DNA of 63,825 nucleotides, from NCBI GenBank assembly GCA_951804945.1, contig OX638150.1, positions 3,720,001 through 3,783,825 on the forward strand. The letters are read 5' to 3'. Below the pieces are notes generated by a model that saw only the letters and a program-made list of their open reading frames with translations, did not search any database and was not told where the DNA came from. This stretch comes from Podarcis cretensis (lineage: Eukaryota). Below are positions 36,291 to 48,327 of this stretch, piece after piece. The position numbers and the translations under genes are program-made. Position 1 is the first letter of the stretch. Each line of letters opens with the position of its first letter.

Positions 36291-37315
36291 TGCCTGAAGC
36301 TGCGACTGTGCCTTGCAGCCTCTTGCTCTTATGTAACCAATCAGAACCAAGAGGAGGGGTTTATACCTTGGAAAACCAGGAATTGGGTGGAGCAGAATGC
36401 CTGCCAGTCTTTGTAACTTGTCCAGAACAGACCAGTTAGTGGGCATGAGTAACTTAGGCCCACTGACTTTAACAGGTCCACTCTGAGCAGAGCTTAGATA
36501 TGACCAAAGAGCCTCAGAGCACCTTAAAACAATTTATTATGGCAGCAGCTTTGGCTGGATTACTATTTGCTTCACTGGCAGTCTTATTTGTACACACCTG
36601 CCAAATCAGGGAAAATGTTGGGTGACAGAGGCTGTGAACCATGGGAGAAAAGGCCACTGTAAACAACCTCTGCCCACAAAGAGCATCCAATTGAAGGCAG
36701 ACTGAGGAAACTAATGGATGGGGAAGAGAGGAAATGATGCACTGCTGCAAAGAGGGGGTGGGGGGGTGAGCATTTTGTGTCCTCCTGTTCCTCCGCTGCC
36801 ACTCACCAGACATCTGACCCAGCCATGAAGTCGCCCTGCTGCAGCCCTCTCTCCCTCATGTCTCCCATCCACAGGCTAGTGACCATGCTGGGTGCTTGCG
36901 CTGGGGGAACAGGGAGGCCCCCCCATCCCCACTCAGCCGCCCCACCGCCTCCTCTTCCTCTTCCTCCTAGTGATCCCCTCAGGTCACGGCCTAGCTTCCC
37001 CTGCCCCTGCCCTCTCTCCCTAGTTGTTTCCTCCAGTGCCACGGGCATCCCTGTTGCCTCCTACTAGAGCGGTCAGAGTGAGGAGGAACAAGGGGCTCCT
37101 CGGCGGCCTGTGAGGAGGGAGGCCTCAGCGGCACCCACAGTGGCCTCTGCTCATGGGGACGAGCAGTGGCTCGGCCGTGTCAGGGTTGGGTGGGTGTGGG
37201 AAGAGGAGGAGGGTCATTGGTTTGGGAGTTTGTTCGTGTTGGTGCTTAGCTTCAGGAGTTGTTTTTTGAGGGCTCCAAATTTGAGAATATGTGGCAATGA
37301 GATGATGGTAGTAAG

Positions 37316-37387
37316 CAGTGCCTTTTTTCTAGAAAAATAGTTGCTGGTACCGTGTACCGGCACGTACTGCCAGGAAAAAAACCACTG
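37316..37387. mobile_element. Tiny hAT-like MITE
   Basis: Termini CAGTGCCTTTTTTC / GAAAAAAACCACTG; related end at ~63423-63458; no clear TSD. Confidence 0.55.
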
Positions 37388-37852
37388 CCCACCCAGAAGC
37401 ATGCAAAGCCGTCAGTGAATTACCTTGGCAACTGCAACCGGCTGCACTTTGGGATCCTCCTCTTGGAGCGGCAACATGGTGGATCCCCAAGGGATGCTGC
37501 TTATTGGTATGAAACAAAAATGCATAACTATTCCATGCAAAGGGAGGGGATCAGAATGTGTCCTGGCAATAGCCTGGTTGGTGCCCTGATGTCCATAGGC
37601 AATGTCTGCAAAAAGTTGTCTGAACTCTGTATGCTTAGCAAAGAAACTTTCCTTAAGGCTGTTTGCTCAGAGCTTATTAAAAAAAAACCTAAAAAACCCC
37701 CTCTGCCATTGCCAGTGAGGATAAGACAAAATAATTCTCCTCAATGCCCTGGGTTTAATCAATGTTGTTTATGAAGTATAATTCCATTAGTGTCAAATGA
37801 ATGGTGGGTTGGGTCCTCCATTGTGCTGGCTGGATTCCAGAATGCTGCAGAT

Positions 37853-37993
37853 GGGTGCAGTTCAGTTGGTTAGAGCGTGGTGCTGATAACACCAAGGTTG
37901 CTGGTTCGATCCCCATATGGGACAACTGCATATTCCTGCATTGCTGGGAGTTGGACTAGATGACCCTCAGGGTCCCTTCCAACTCTACAATTC
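37853..37993 (+). mobile_element. tRNA-Ile-derived SINE with CR1 3' tail
   Basis: TCAGTTGGTTAGAGCGTGGTGCTGATAACACCAAGGTTGCTGGTTCGATCCCC head followed by CCTGCATTGC...GGACTAGATGACCCTCAGGGTCCCTTCCAACTCTAC. Confidence 0.85.
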
Positions 37994-39052
37994 AGCTCCA
38001 CATGAATGGGGCCAAAGGGGATTTGCTGTTCTTTAGGATGTATGAAATGCTAGACTTGGAGCAAGCCCATTGCAATTAATGAATGTGATTAACTTAGGCT
38101 CATTAATTTCAACAAGGGTACTCTGAATAGGTCTGGTGGTGGATACAACCTTTGTTTATTTTGTGCATTGGAGTTTTTTGTTTTAAAAACACGCAGTAGC
38201 ACTAAAATTGATTTGGGGGCAGAGCTTACAAAGTCCTCCCCCCATTGTATCCTTGCAATTAAAGCAAATGGGCTAAAGTTAACTGAAAGTAAATTTAAGA
38301 TGAGCATTAGGAGAAACATACTAATCATGGTAAGAGCAGTTTGGCAATGGAGCCCTCAAGCATCCTTGGGAATGGTGTAACTCTGGAGGATTAGAGACTA
38401 CACCTCCTGCCCTCTCTCCTTCTACTTTGTTATTTTATGCTTAAAAAAAGCATGTGATGTCCATGAATCATTTTGTCTTCCTTAATTTTTCTGCTGTGGT
38501 TGTGACTTCTAGAACTTCAACACACCCACCTACCCCTTTTTAAAACTGAAAGTTGAGATCATAACAGTTTTACAGCATTATTTTTTAAAACAGGATAGGT
38601 TTATGAGACAACTTGAAAACCTTGCATCTTATGTCACATTGCTTTGGCAGTGTGTCTTCAATTACTATGACATCATAACTGAACATTTTCTTCTTTATGG
38701 AATCTCTGTCTATGCATGCACAGGTGCCAGTTATGTAATGGCTATTGGAAATTTAATCTAAAAGTAAATAAATAAAAATCATGCTAAACTGAGAGCATTT
38801 GTTTGGCATTAGTAGAAACAAGACGTTTGAAAGGAATGCAGCAGTCTGTTTCCTGCTAGTGGCCCAACAAGGACCAGCAGGGGTTGGCCACAGTGAGAAC
38901 AGGATGTTGGGCTAGATGGGCCATTGGCCTGATCCAGTACACTCTCGTTACATTCTTATGTTCTTGAAAAAAAATACTTATGTAATTAATTAGTTGCTTT
39001 CCATAATAAGTCTCAAAGCTGCTTTCAAAAATAAAATATCAGAGTACAGTTT

Positions 39053-39365
39053 AGGTAAAGGTAAAGGACCCCTGGATTGTTAAGTCCAGTTGAATTCAAC
39101 TATGAGGTGTGGTGCTCATCTCGCTTCAGGCCAAGGGAGCTGGCGTTTGTCCACAGACAGCTTTCCGGGTCATGTGACCAGCATGACTAAACAATTTCTG
39201 GTGCAACACTGTGACGGAAGCCAGAGTGCACGGAAACATTGTTTACCTTTCCGCTGAAGTGGTATCTATTTATTTACTTGCACTGGTGTGCTTTTGAACT
39301 GCTAGGTTGGCAGAAGCTGGGGCAGAGCAATGGGACAGTTAAGTCCAGTCGAATTTGACTATGGG
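39053..39365 (-). mobile_element. Older Sauria SINE, 5'-truncated, inserted in an L2 3' end
   Basis: AGGTAAAGGTAAAGG tail and body homologous to the other Sauria SINEs; lacks the tRNA head. Confidence 0.8.
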
Positions 39366-39379
39366 CACAATATAACAAT

Positions 39380-39830
39380 TGTACACAGTACAGTACAAAA
39401 AATCCAACACACAAAATATTTCAAACCAGATCAAGCAGTAAAGGTGACCAGACATTACCCTCTCTTCTCAGCTGAAGATAAACTTGACCCAAGAAAAGTA
39501 TCATCAACTGTTGCAGATATGAATAGTCTAGTGTCTGGAAGAAGAGAAATGCCTTTGCCTGGCACTGAAAATATGTCAATGTTGGCATTGGGCACGTCTC
39601 CCTGGGGAGAGCATTCCATAAATTGGGAGCCATTACTGAAAAAAAACCTGTTCTTTTGTCTCTAGCCTCGGGTCTGCTGCACTGAGAAGGGCTTATGATG
39701 ATGTTATCATGGTGCAGGCAGGCTCATAGGGGAAATGTCATTCTGTAAGGTATTGGGGTACCAAGCTATGTAAAGCTTTATAGGATAAAACCAGTGCTTT
39801 GAACTGGGCCCAGAAGTGAATTGGCTTAAC
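39380..39830 (-). mobile_element. L2 LINE 3' fragment
   Basis: Peptide MAPNLWNALPRE...FQCQAKAFLF. Confidence 0.7.
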
Positions 39831-41074
39831 ATAACACTCAATATATGAAATAAAATACAAAGTAAAACAGTAGTACATCATGTTCAGTAGTGCAACTAAA
39901 CTTGGACAGATCCCACTGGGGGTGCTATTTCCATGTTTCCTGGCGTAAGATTTTCAGGAATATCCTAGCTATCCTGCTGTATTCTGGGGGCAATCTTGGC
40001 TTGTACCTACTGGAGGAATAAATAGTATTCACACTGCTGGAGAAACTTTCTCTTGATTGAATATTGAAACTTGAATTGTCATGGTTTATTGGAGAAATGT
40101 AGGGAAGCCTCCATTATGGAGGGCTCATCATTGGCCTCAGTTTATTTTCTCTTTGTATTGGGGAAAATCCGGGGCAGATGGAAATTTTATTAGCATTTAT
40201 TGCAGGCATTAATAATAGTTAAACTGTGAAAGCCAGGCGTATCGGGAAACCTTGATGGAAGTGCTGTCTCCTTCCAAGTATCCCCTGGCTGGTGTTCTTT
40301 GTGACCTTGGTGTTTAAGAGATGAATCTCATTTTGGGAACATCATGAAACCACTCCAGGGTTCAGTGGGATACCATATTAAGGGCTTTTCAAAACCTTTA
40401 TGTTCTTTTATGTGCTCTTTTTTTTTTAAAAAAAAAAAGGTCACTGAAGGTTTTGATATCCAGGAGGATGGAATTATGGAAATTACATGATTCTGCAAGA
40501 AAATATGTAGCCATCTGATTCCTCAATATGTGTGGGTAGTTGCAACACTGGATAGAGTGGCTTGCAATAGCATAGTATTGCAGTGCCCCCTGAGAGACAC
40601 AGAGAGCAAATCTATCATCCATTGCTGAGTGTCAGCTGCTTTGCTGACATGGGCTAAAAGAGTAACAAAAGCAGGTGGAAGAGTAAAATAAGAGAGAAAA
40701 CCCAAAGACTCAATTCATGTGACATTTTCACCTATGCACAAGCAGCCTTTGTGCTTGCCTGGCAAAATATATAACCTAACATTGGTTGTTCTTAGCAGCC
40801 ATCATACTGCCAGCATGATTATTCAACATAAAATTCTGATAAATGATACAAAGAATCAAAATAGGCATCACCAGAATGCTTACAAACTAATGGATTTGAC
40901 AAAAATGGGAACAAAGGATAACATAGGGAAGAGGAAACCAAACATGCAAATGTATTGGCCAAGTATAATGGCTTTTTGAGTGGCTGCTGATAGATATATT
41001 GTGGGTGGAAGGAACCCAGTTGGTCCCAGCCACACTGATCCAAAGGACCCTAGCAGACTCATCCTTCTTTTAAG

Positions 41075-41240
41075 CATAGAATTGTAGAGTTGGAAGGAAT
41101 CCCGGGGGTCATCTAGTCCACCCCCTGCAATGCAGTAATCTCAAACTGGATCATCCATGACAGGTGGCCATCCAACTTCTGCTTTAAAATCTCCAAGAAA
41201 GGAGAGTCCACCACCTCTCGTGGGAGTCTGTTTCACTATC
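41075..41240 (-). mobile_element. CR1 3' end fragment
   Basis: CATAGAATTGTAGAGTTGGAAGG...GGAGAGTCCACCACCTC, the same family as 27456-27628. Confidence 0.8.
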
Positions 41241-41884
41241 ACAGCTTCCAGATAGACTAGCCACTCATGAACCTTGGGAAGTAGGAGCCAAATGGCATTT
41301 GCCAGCGCAAAGCTGATGAAGTTGGGATCTCCCTGTCTCTCCTTTTCCTTTTAGACAGTTGCCAGATGAAAAAGGCCACTGGTGGAGGCTACATCCACTC
41401 TTGCCTGGTTGTACAGGTTGCATTATTAATTACATTATTAATTACCACTGCAGATCTTGAGTTCATTTAGGGCTGCTTGCATATAGAAGAAACTGTCATG
41501 TGCAAACTTGCCCTAAGGCTCTTTTCATAATGAATTCCATTTTGAAATCACTGCAAACCAATTCATTGTAAATAAATGCATGGGGCTCTTCTTGTAACCA
41601 GCTTTGAAATGCTGAACTCTGAAGTGGCAGCGGTGGCACCCAGGATGGAAAGAAAGGGGGAGCGGGTGGGAGGGAGGGAGAAGAGAGAGACAAAGAACCA
41701 TTTGTAGGTCGAAGTGCACTCTAGTAGCACATAATTATTGTCCGTTTTGGCCACAAAAGCTACAGTGCTGACCCCTTTGTGCAATAATTGGAGCCACAGA
41801 AGCTTATCTTATTGCTGGCTTATTTGAGTAGCTAGCATTCCCAGGAAAAGGGAACTTTTCATCCCCCCTCCCCCCTCAGTGCTC

Positions 41885-43680
41885 CTGAAGGTAGGAGTCT
41901 ATCAATTGATGAAGATGATCATCCAAATGTCAAAGACCAAATGGAGCAAACAGCACGCAGACCTAGTGGTGGGAGGAAAAAATCCTTAAATAAGAGATAC
42001 GGGGGAATGATTAATGGACTTCAATGTCTGTACACTAATGTGCAAAGCATGGGAAATAAACAAGATGAGCTTGAGCTCTTGGTACAGCAAACTAAATATG
42101 ACATAATAGGCATCACTGAAACCTGGTGGGATAAGTCCCACGATTGGAATGTAATAATGGAGAGATACAATCTATTTCAGAGAAACAGACCAGAAAGGAG
42201 GAGGAGTGGCGTTATATGTCAGGGATGTGTATACCTGTGAAGAGATCCAAGATTTAGAACCTCAAAGCCAAAGTGAGAGCATCTGGGTCAAAATTAAGGG
42301 AGAGAAGAATAACAGTGACCTCATTGTGGGAGTTTACTATAGATCCCCAAGCCAAACGGAGGACATAGATGATGCCTTCCTGGAACAGATGGCCAAGCAT
42401 GCAAAAGGAAGGGAGATAGTAGTAATGGGGGACTTCAATTACCCGGATATTTGTTGGATGTCAAACTCAGCCAAGAGCATAAGGTCAAACAGATTCCTCA
42501 CTGGCCTTGCAGACAACTTCATTGTCCAGAAAGTGGGAGAAGCAACAAGAGGAACAGCCATTTTAGATCTGGTCCTAACCAATGTTGATGACCTGGTTAG
42601 TGGGGTAGAAGTGGAAGGATCATTAGGCGCGAGTGATCATGCTCTTCTGAAGTTTCTATACAGCGGAAAGGAGCAGCCAAGCATACTAGGACTCAATTTC
42701 TTGACTTTAAGAAAGCCGACTTCATAAAACTTAGGGAAGTGCTGGGTGAGATCCCATGGACAGTAATACTAAAAGGAAAGGGAGTTCATGATGGCTGGGA
42801 GTTTGTTAAGAGGGAGATAGTAAAAGCACAACTTCAGGCAATACCAATAAGACGGAAACATGGAAGGTGCCTAAAGAAGCCAGAACTTTTAACTGAGTTA
42901 AGATTAAAAAAGGATGTGTACAAAAAATGGAAAAGGGGGGAAACCACCAAAGAGGAATTCAAACAAATAGCCAGCATGTGTAGACACAAAGTCAGAAAAG
43001 CTAAAGCACAGAATGAACTCAGGCTTGCTAGAGAGGTTAAAAGCAACAAAAAAGGCTTTTATGGGTATGTTCGTAGCAAAAGGAAGAACAAAGAAACAGT
43101 GGGGTCACTCAGAGGAGAAGATGGTGAAATGCAAACAGGGGACACAGAAAGGGCTGAACTCCTCAATGCCTTCTTTGCCTCAGTCTTCTCCGATAAAGAA
43201 AACAATGCCCGACCTGAAGAATTTGGAACAAATGATTCAGCAGAGGAAACACAGCCCAGAATAACTAAGGAGATAGTATGAGAATACTTGGCTAGTTTAG
43301 ATGTATTCAAGTCTCCAGGGCCAGATGAACTGCATCCAAGAGTATTAAAAGAACTGGCAGATGTGATCTCAGAACCACTGGTAGTCATCTTTGAGAATTC
43401 CTGGAGAACAGACGAAGTCCCGGCAGACTGGAGGAGGGCAAATGTTGTCCCTATTTTCAAAAAGGGGAAAAGAGAGGACCCAAATAATTACCGCCCAATC
43501 AGTCTGACATCAATACCAGGAAAGATTCTGGAACAGATCATTAAGCAAACAGTCTGTGAGCACCTAGAAAGGAATACTGTGATCACCAATAGTCAGCATG
43601 GATTTCTGAAAAATAAGTCATGTCAGACTAACCTGATCTCGTTTTTTGACAGAATTACAAGCCTGGTAGATGAAGGGAAC
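41885..43680 (+). mobile_element. Young CR1 LINE internal fragment (ORF2 endonuclease + N-terminal RT), no 3' end
   Basis: LQCLYTNVQSMGNKQDELE, GITETWWD, VMGDFNYPDICW, LGASDH (APE endonuclease); KSPGPDELHPRVLKEL, NYRPISLTS, QHGFLKNKSCQTNLISFFD (RT); a few frameshifts/stops; homology stops at VDEGN. Confidence 0.95.
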
Positions 43681-43959
43681 ACATCTTTTGAAATTATTGG
43701 GAGTCAGGTACCCCAGAGAGACTTTGACTGTAAATGAGAAATTCGGTAAAATATTGACATCTAGTTTTGATTGGGAAAAATCTGGAGTGATGGGAAATAG
43801 TGGGGGTAACAGTATTCCCTTGTGTTATGTTGAGTACTGAAGCCAATGTCACCTATCTGTGACAGCTCCAGTGGACTGATGATTTGACTTGGATAATTAT
43901 GGTGCCTGCCAGTTACTTGTGAGCCTGTTTCAGGACTGGCCCAAGACTTGTTGCCACAT

Positions 43960-44379
43960 TCGCCTCTCCTGGTATGCCCCGTGGAGGACCTTGAGGTCCA
44001 CAAATGACAACATTTTGGAGGTCCCGAGCCTCAAGAAGGTTAGATTGGTTTCAGCTAGGGCCAGGGCCTTTTCAGTACTGGCCCCGACTTGGTAGAATGC
44101 TCTGTCACAAGAGACTAGGGCCCTTCGGGACTTGACATCTTTCTGCAGGGCTTGCAAGACGGAGCTGTTCTGCCTGGCCTTTGGTTTGGACTCAGTCTGA
44201 CCCTTCTGTTTCCCTTCCCTTGTGGTTTTGATCTACTTTTAAAATGAGGCTGCATTTTAAATTGCATTTTAACCTGTATTTTAAATTGCCTCCCCCTCCC
44301 CTTATGTTTTTACTGTAATTTTACTGGTGTTAGCCGCCCTGAGCCTGGCTCTGGCCGGGGAGGGTGGGGTATAAATAAA

Positions 44380-44430
<51 letters not shown>
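43960..44430 (+). mobile_element. L2 LINE 3' end with (ATT)n tail
   Basis: Peptide RLSWYAPWRTLRS...RARAFSVLAPTW; GTTAGCCGCCCTGAGCC...GTATAAATAAA terminal motif; long ATT microsatellite tail. Confidence 0.88.
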
Positions 44431-45039
44431 CGAAATGAGTGGTGTGCCTCAGAAACTATTGCAGTGTTGCAGAGGATCCTGGGGTGGTAACTGTGGATGA
44501 TGTGAACTTGCAGACAATACAAGATTCATACCCCAGCATCCTCTCAGATCTTCTTGAATTTTTCACTCCAGATTCTGGTGCTTATTTAAAAATATAAATA
44601 AAAATTGACTTTATTAGAGATGGAGATGGGCAGGTATGACATATATTAAGGATTTTGCCCAGAATAAGCTTGACCATTAGTTGCTCTCCTACCACGTCTT
44701 TGAAATGGAACTGTTGAGTTGCATTGCTGCAAACCTTTTGAATATGAGAGGGACTGGATTCATTTGGAGCATAGCATTTTGCATTTCTTAAGAGGTTCCT
44801 AAATATCAAACTAATTTGAAGAAGCAAGACTCACTCTTTGCTGTACACCTGCCTGACTTAGGAGGGAACCTTAGGTTAAAACTGATGCACATGTAACAAA
44901 ACCCAATAGGAAGATTTCTACATGAGCCTTGTAGCTTCTTGCACAACTATTTGTGCCATGCGTGAATATTAATGCAGAAGAAATATCCAGTGAATTTGTT
45001 CACTACTCTAGGTTTTATATGTCCCTGAAATCTCCAATC

Positions 45040-45167
45040 CAGGGGTAGGAAACCTGTGGCCCTCCAGGTGTTTGTTGGACTCACTCCCATCAGTCCCATC
45101 TGATGGCCAGGGAAAATGGGAGTTGTAGTGCAGCAACATCAAGTGAGCCACAGGTTCCCCCAACCTG
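45040..45167. mobile_element. ~130-bp hAT-like MITE of a high-copy family (other copies at ~140-275, ~13455-13580, ~32468-32595, ~34298-34425, ~49543-49681, ~61900-62030)
   Basis: Termini CAGGGGTAGGAAACCTGTGGC / GCCACAGGTTCCCCCAACCTG; ACTCCCA/TGGGAGT inner arms; imperfect 8-bp TSD CTCCAATC/TTCAAATC. Confidence 0.75.
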
Positions 45168-45232
45168 TTCAAATCTAAATCACCTTCCCAGCAGCCAACT
45201 GATGCCATTCCCCCCCCCCCTTGTTTCTTTAG

Positions 45233-45352
45233 AGTTCTACAAAAACTGCACAGAGATGGGATGCAAGCACCATTGTGCCCGGACTCTGAATGGCCCAGAG
45301 TGCTATTGCAACAGTACCTTCCAGCTGGCAGAAGATGGGAAAAGCTGCAAAG
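45233..45352 (+). CDS. LRP1: LRP1 coding exon (exon 4 equivalent), EGF-like repeat 1
   Basis: tttag|AG acceptor, G|gtaggt donor; 120 nt; (E)[39 protein letters not shown], six-Cys EGF spacing. Confidence 0.95.
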
Positions 45353-46262
45353 GTAGGTGGCGGCCGTAATACGGAACAGGAGAGAGTGCAGAAGACAGGC
45401 ATCTGACAGCAGCTTCTAAGGAGGAAAAACATATGTTTGGTCTATATCTATTGTATTTTCTCTGATAGACAGTGTTGCTTCTCCCTGTTCTTCTCTTCCC
45501 CTCCCTCCCTCCCTCCCTCTCCCCCATCTCCTTTCCCCTCCTCCAATCATTTTTATTTTCAGTAGGAATTCATGGTAGACTAATTTGTGTTGTGGCTTTT
45601 AAAATGATTGTGTCTGGACTTTTTGCCTTCACACGAAGCAGAAGAAATGTCAAGCTTGAGAGATACCATGAAATAATGAGCTAGTGCTGTTAGCTGTCAG
45701 TTCGGAGTCCTGGAGTCTAGATCCAGATTTTCCATAGCAATTAGATGGCTCTCAGTACATAACTTACGCTGTCAGGCTTTTAATTGTGATGAACAAGAGC
45801 GTTATATTGGTGTCACTTTCAGTATGTCAGCTATATGTCACTTTCACTTTGTGAACATTTTTTGGGGGGCAGAGGTAGAAACAGGTATGAGATAGGTATG
45901 CATCTAATAATTCAAGAGTGATACAGGCACAGCACTTACAAGCTGGGTGTTAAGAAATGTTTCATTTTTGGGGCTTGCAAGTTATGGCAAAATCAGTTAT
46001 TCGGTATATGATCTTTTCACATGGAAATGCAAACTCCTTTTCTCATGGGGAGCTTTCATTCATTTCAGAGTGGCCTGTACAGGACAGTGTCCCCAGTGTA
46101 TTGTGCCCTTGGAGGAAGTGAGCATGTACTTTTTTATCTCAATGTTTTGGTTTTTTAAATCCTTGTCTTTCAACTCCATTCATGCACTTCCACAGCAGCA
46201 TTTTACTGAGATATATTAGATATCTAACAGGTTAGTGATTAGTTTCTCATTCTTCTTCACAG

Positions 46263-46391
46263 ATATTGATGAGTGCACTAATTACGGCACTTGTAGCCAA
46301 ACCTGCACCAACCACCATGGTTCCTATGTTTGCAGCTGTGTTGAAGGATATCTGCTCCAGCCCGATCACAAATCCTGCAAAGCTAAGAATG
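46263..46391 (+). CDS. LRP1: LRP1 coding exon (exon 5 equivalent), calcium-binding EGF repeat 2
   Basis: cacag|AT acceptor, G|gtaagc donor; 129 nt; (D)[42 protein letters not shown]. Confidence 0.96.
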
Positions 46392-47021
46392 GTAAGCAAA
46401 TCAGTCATTTTCCCTCAGCCTTGTGGTTTTCTGTCTTGTGGGCAAGCAGTGGTGGCCTGGTTTGCACTCTACAAAGCACTTTTACTGTGCTCACCATATT
46501 TTCTGATTAGTGGAGCACAGTTTGGAAGACCTCACAAATGTTTTGGGATGCCAGTCATCTCATGTTGGCTCTCATAAAGGATGTTGCCAGCTTGATTCCT
46601 TGGGGACCCACAGAGTGTAATTTAGGGCCAGAAATGCTCTTTACCCCCACATTTTGCACACAATCTACATACAAAGTCACAGTGCAAGTGCACATCTACA
46701 GTTATTTGCTTTTTGTGCAGGGCAATGCAAACAACTCACTTGAGTGTGAATGCTTTTTCACTTGGTGCTGGGCAGTATGATAGCGGGACAAACTGCCCCA
46801 TCACACAGCCTGTCTCTCCTCCCCTTTTTACATGTTTCTTTGACATATTACAGATGAGGAATTGACACATTTTGTGCATTCTCATACTTTGTTACCTGGG
46901 GGTGCCCCTTGGCTAGTGCATTTGCTGGACCTCATCCTAAAATGAGTAGGTCCTTTAAGAAAGATGTGCAGCTGGGTGCCTAATCCTTGTTTCATCTTTG
47001 GCAACTCTGTTTCTTCGACAG

Positions 47022-47285
47022 AACCAGTAGATCGACCTCCAATCCTACTCATTGCCAACTCTCAGAACATTATGGCTACTTTCCTGAATGGTGGGTCTGT
47101 CCCTAACATCACTCCCACCAGCACCAAGCAGACCACAGCCATGGATTTCAACTACAGAGAAGACACAGTCTGCTGGGTCCATGTTGGTGACAGCTCTTCC
47201 CAAACTATCCTGAAATGTGCTAAGATCCCCAATCTCAAGGGATTTGTTGAGGAGTGGACCATCAACATCTCTCTCAGCTTGCACC
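47022..47285 (+). CDS. LRP1: LRP1 coding exon (exon 6 equivalent), start of first YWTD beta-propeller
   Basis: gacag|AA acceptor, C|gtaagt donor; 264 nt; (E)[87 protein letters not shown], recognisably LRP1 rather than LRP1B. Confidence 0.97.
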
Positions 47286-48327
47286 GTAAGTTGCTGCTTG
47301 CTGTATAGAAGTTCTCATGAACAGGCTCCTCCTCTCATGGAAACACACATTCCTTTAGATTAATATACCAATTTACTTTTGCATACAAAAATGTTGTGTG
47401 GTTGATTCCCACCCTCACACCCTTCCGGCTTGTTGCTGTTTTTAAGATGGTAAAAATGTAACTATTCAGTTGGCAAAAATTTGTAGAAAATGGAGCTTTT
47501 AACTAAGAAGACAACCATTTATTTTATCATCATTAATCTTGAGTGAAACAAGCGAAAATTTGGGATGCATTGGAGGGTGGGGCAGCATGTTGTCTTTGGT
47601 AGATGTTGTCCCTTGAGGTGAAGCTATTACGCTTTAATATACAGATGGAAAACCGCTGAATGGGGAAGCTGAACAATTGGCTTAGTCACAAAGGGAGACA
47701 ATGGCTGAATAAGGATTCCCGCCCCCCCCCCCCAGTCTCTTGAGACCAGCACTGCTCGCTAGACCATCTTGCCTCTTGTCTGCCACTTGCTCATGACTGT
47801 CTTCTGCCTCTTCCTTCATGGCAAGTTGCACAGTTGAAATAATCTAAACACTGAAATGGAGAAGTGGAATTTCAAAGATTCCATACAATTTGGAATTTAT
47901 TTTACAGCAAACTTTATGGTAAAAGTTAGGTTAGTGCCAAGTTAACACCGCCTCCTTTGGTAGTCACCTTCCAGGCAATTTATGGATTAAGTGATGTGAT
48001 GTTCCTTCTTGGCAGCATCTTTCTATTGCATTTATCTGTCAAACAAAGCATCTGCACAAGTACAGTCTTATCCGCTTACGTTTTCTGTCTCCTTTGCTTT
48101 AGACTCAGACCTAGTTAGGGGAAACTGGGTTTAAGTCAGTCTCTAAAGCGAGGCTTCAGCTGTTGCCACTTCTCCCTTTTATATTTCTTAGGCAGAATGC
48201 ACACCTGAGGCTCTCCCGATGTCGTAGGGCTAAGCAGTGAGACAATGCGGTTAGAACCAGCTTATCCCAGAATAATTTGTGCCAGATCCATTATGTTTTA
48301 CAAATTGCAGTTTAGTGAAGAGAAATA

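Noticed and set aside
37853-37925. Functional tRNA-Ile(GAT) gene
   Set aside because: The acceptor stem is broken, there is no poly-T terminator, and it runs into a CR1 tail; it is a SINE head.
849-47285. Assignment to LRP1B or LRP2 instead of LRP1
   Set aside because: Diagnostic peptides ([29 protein letters not shown]) and exon sizes 123/138/120/129/264 fit LRP1 as recalled.
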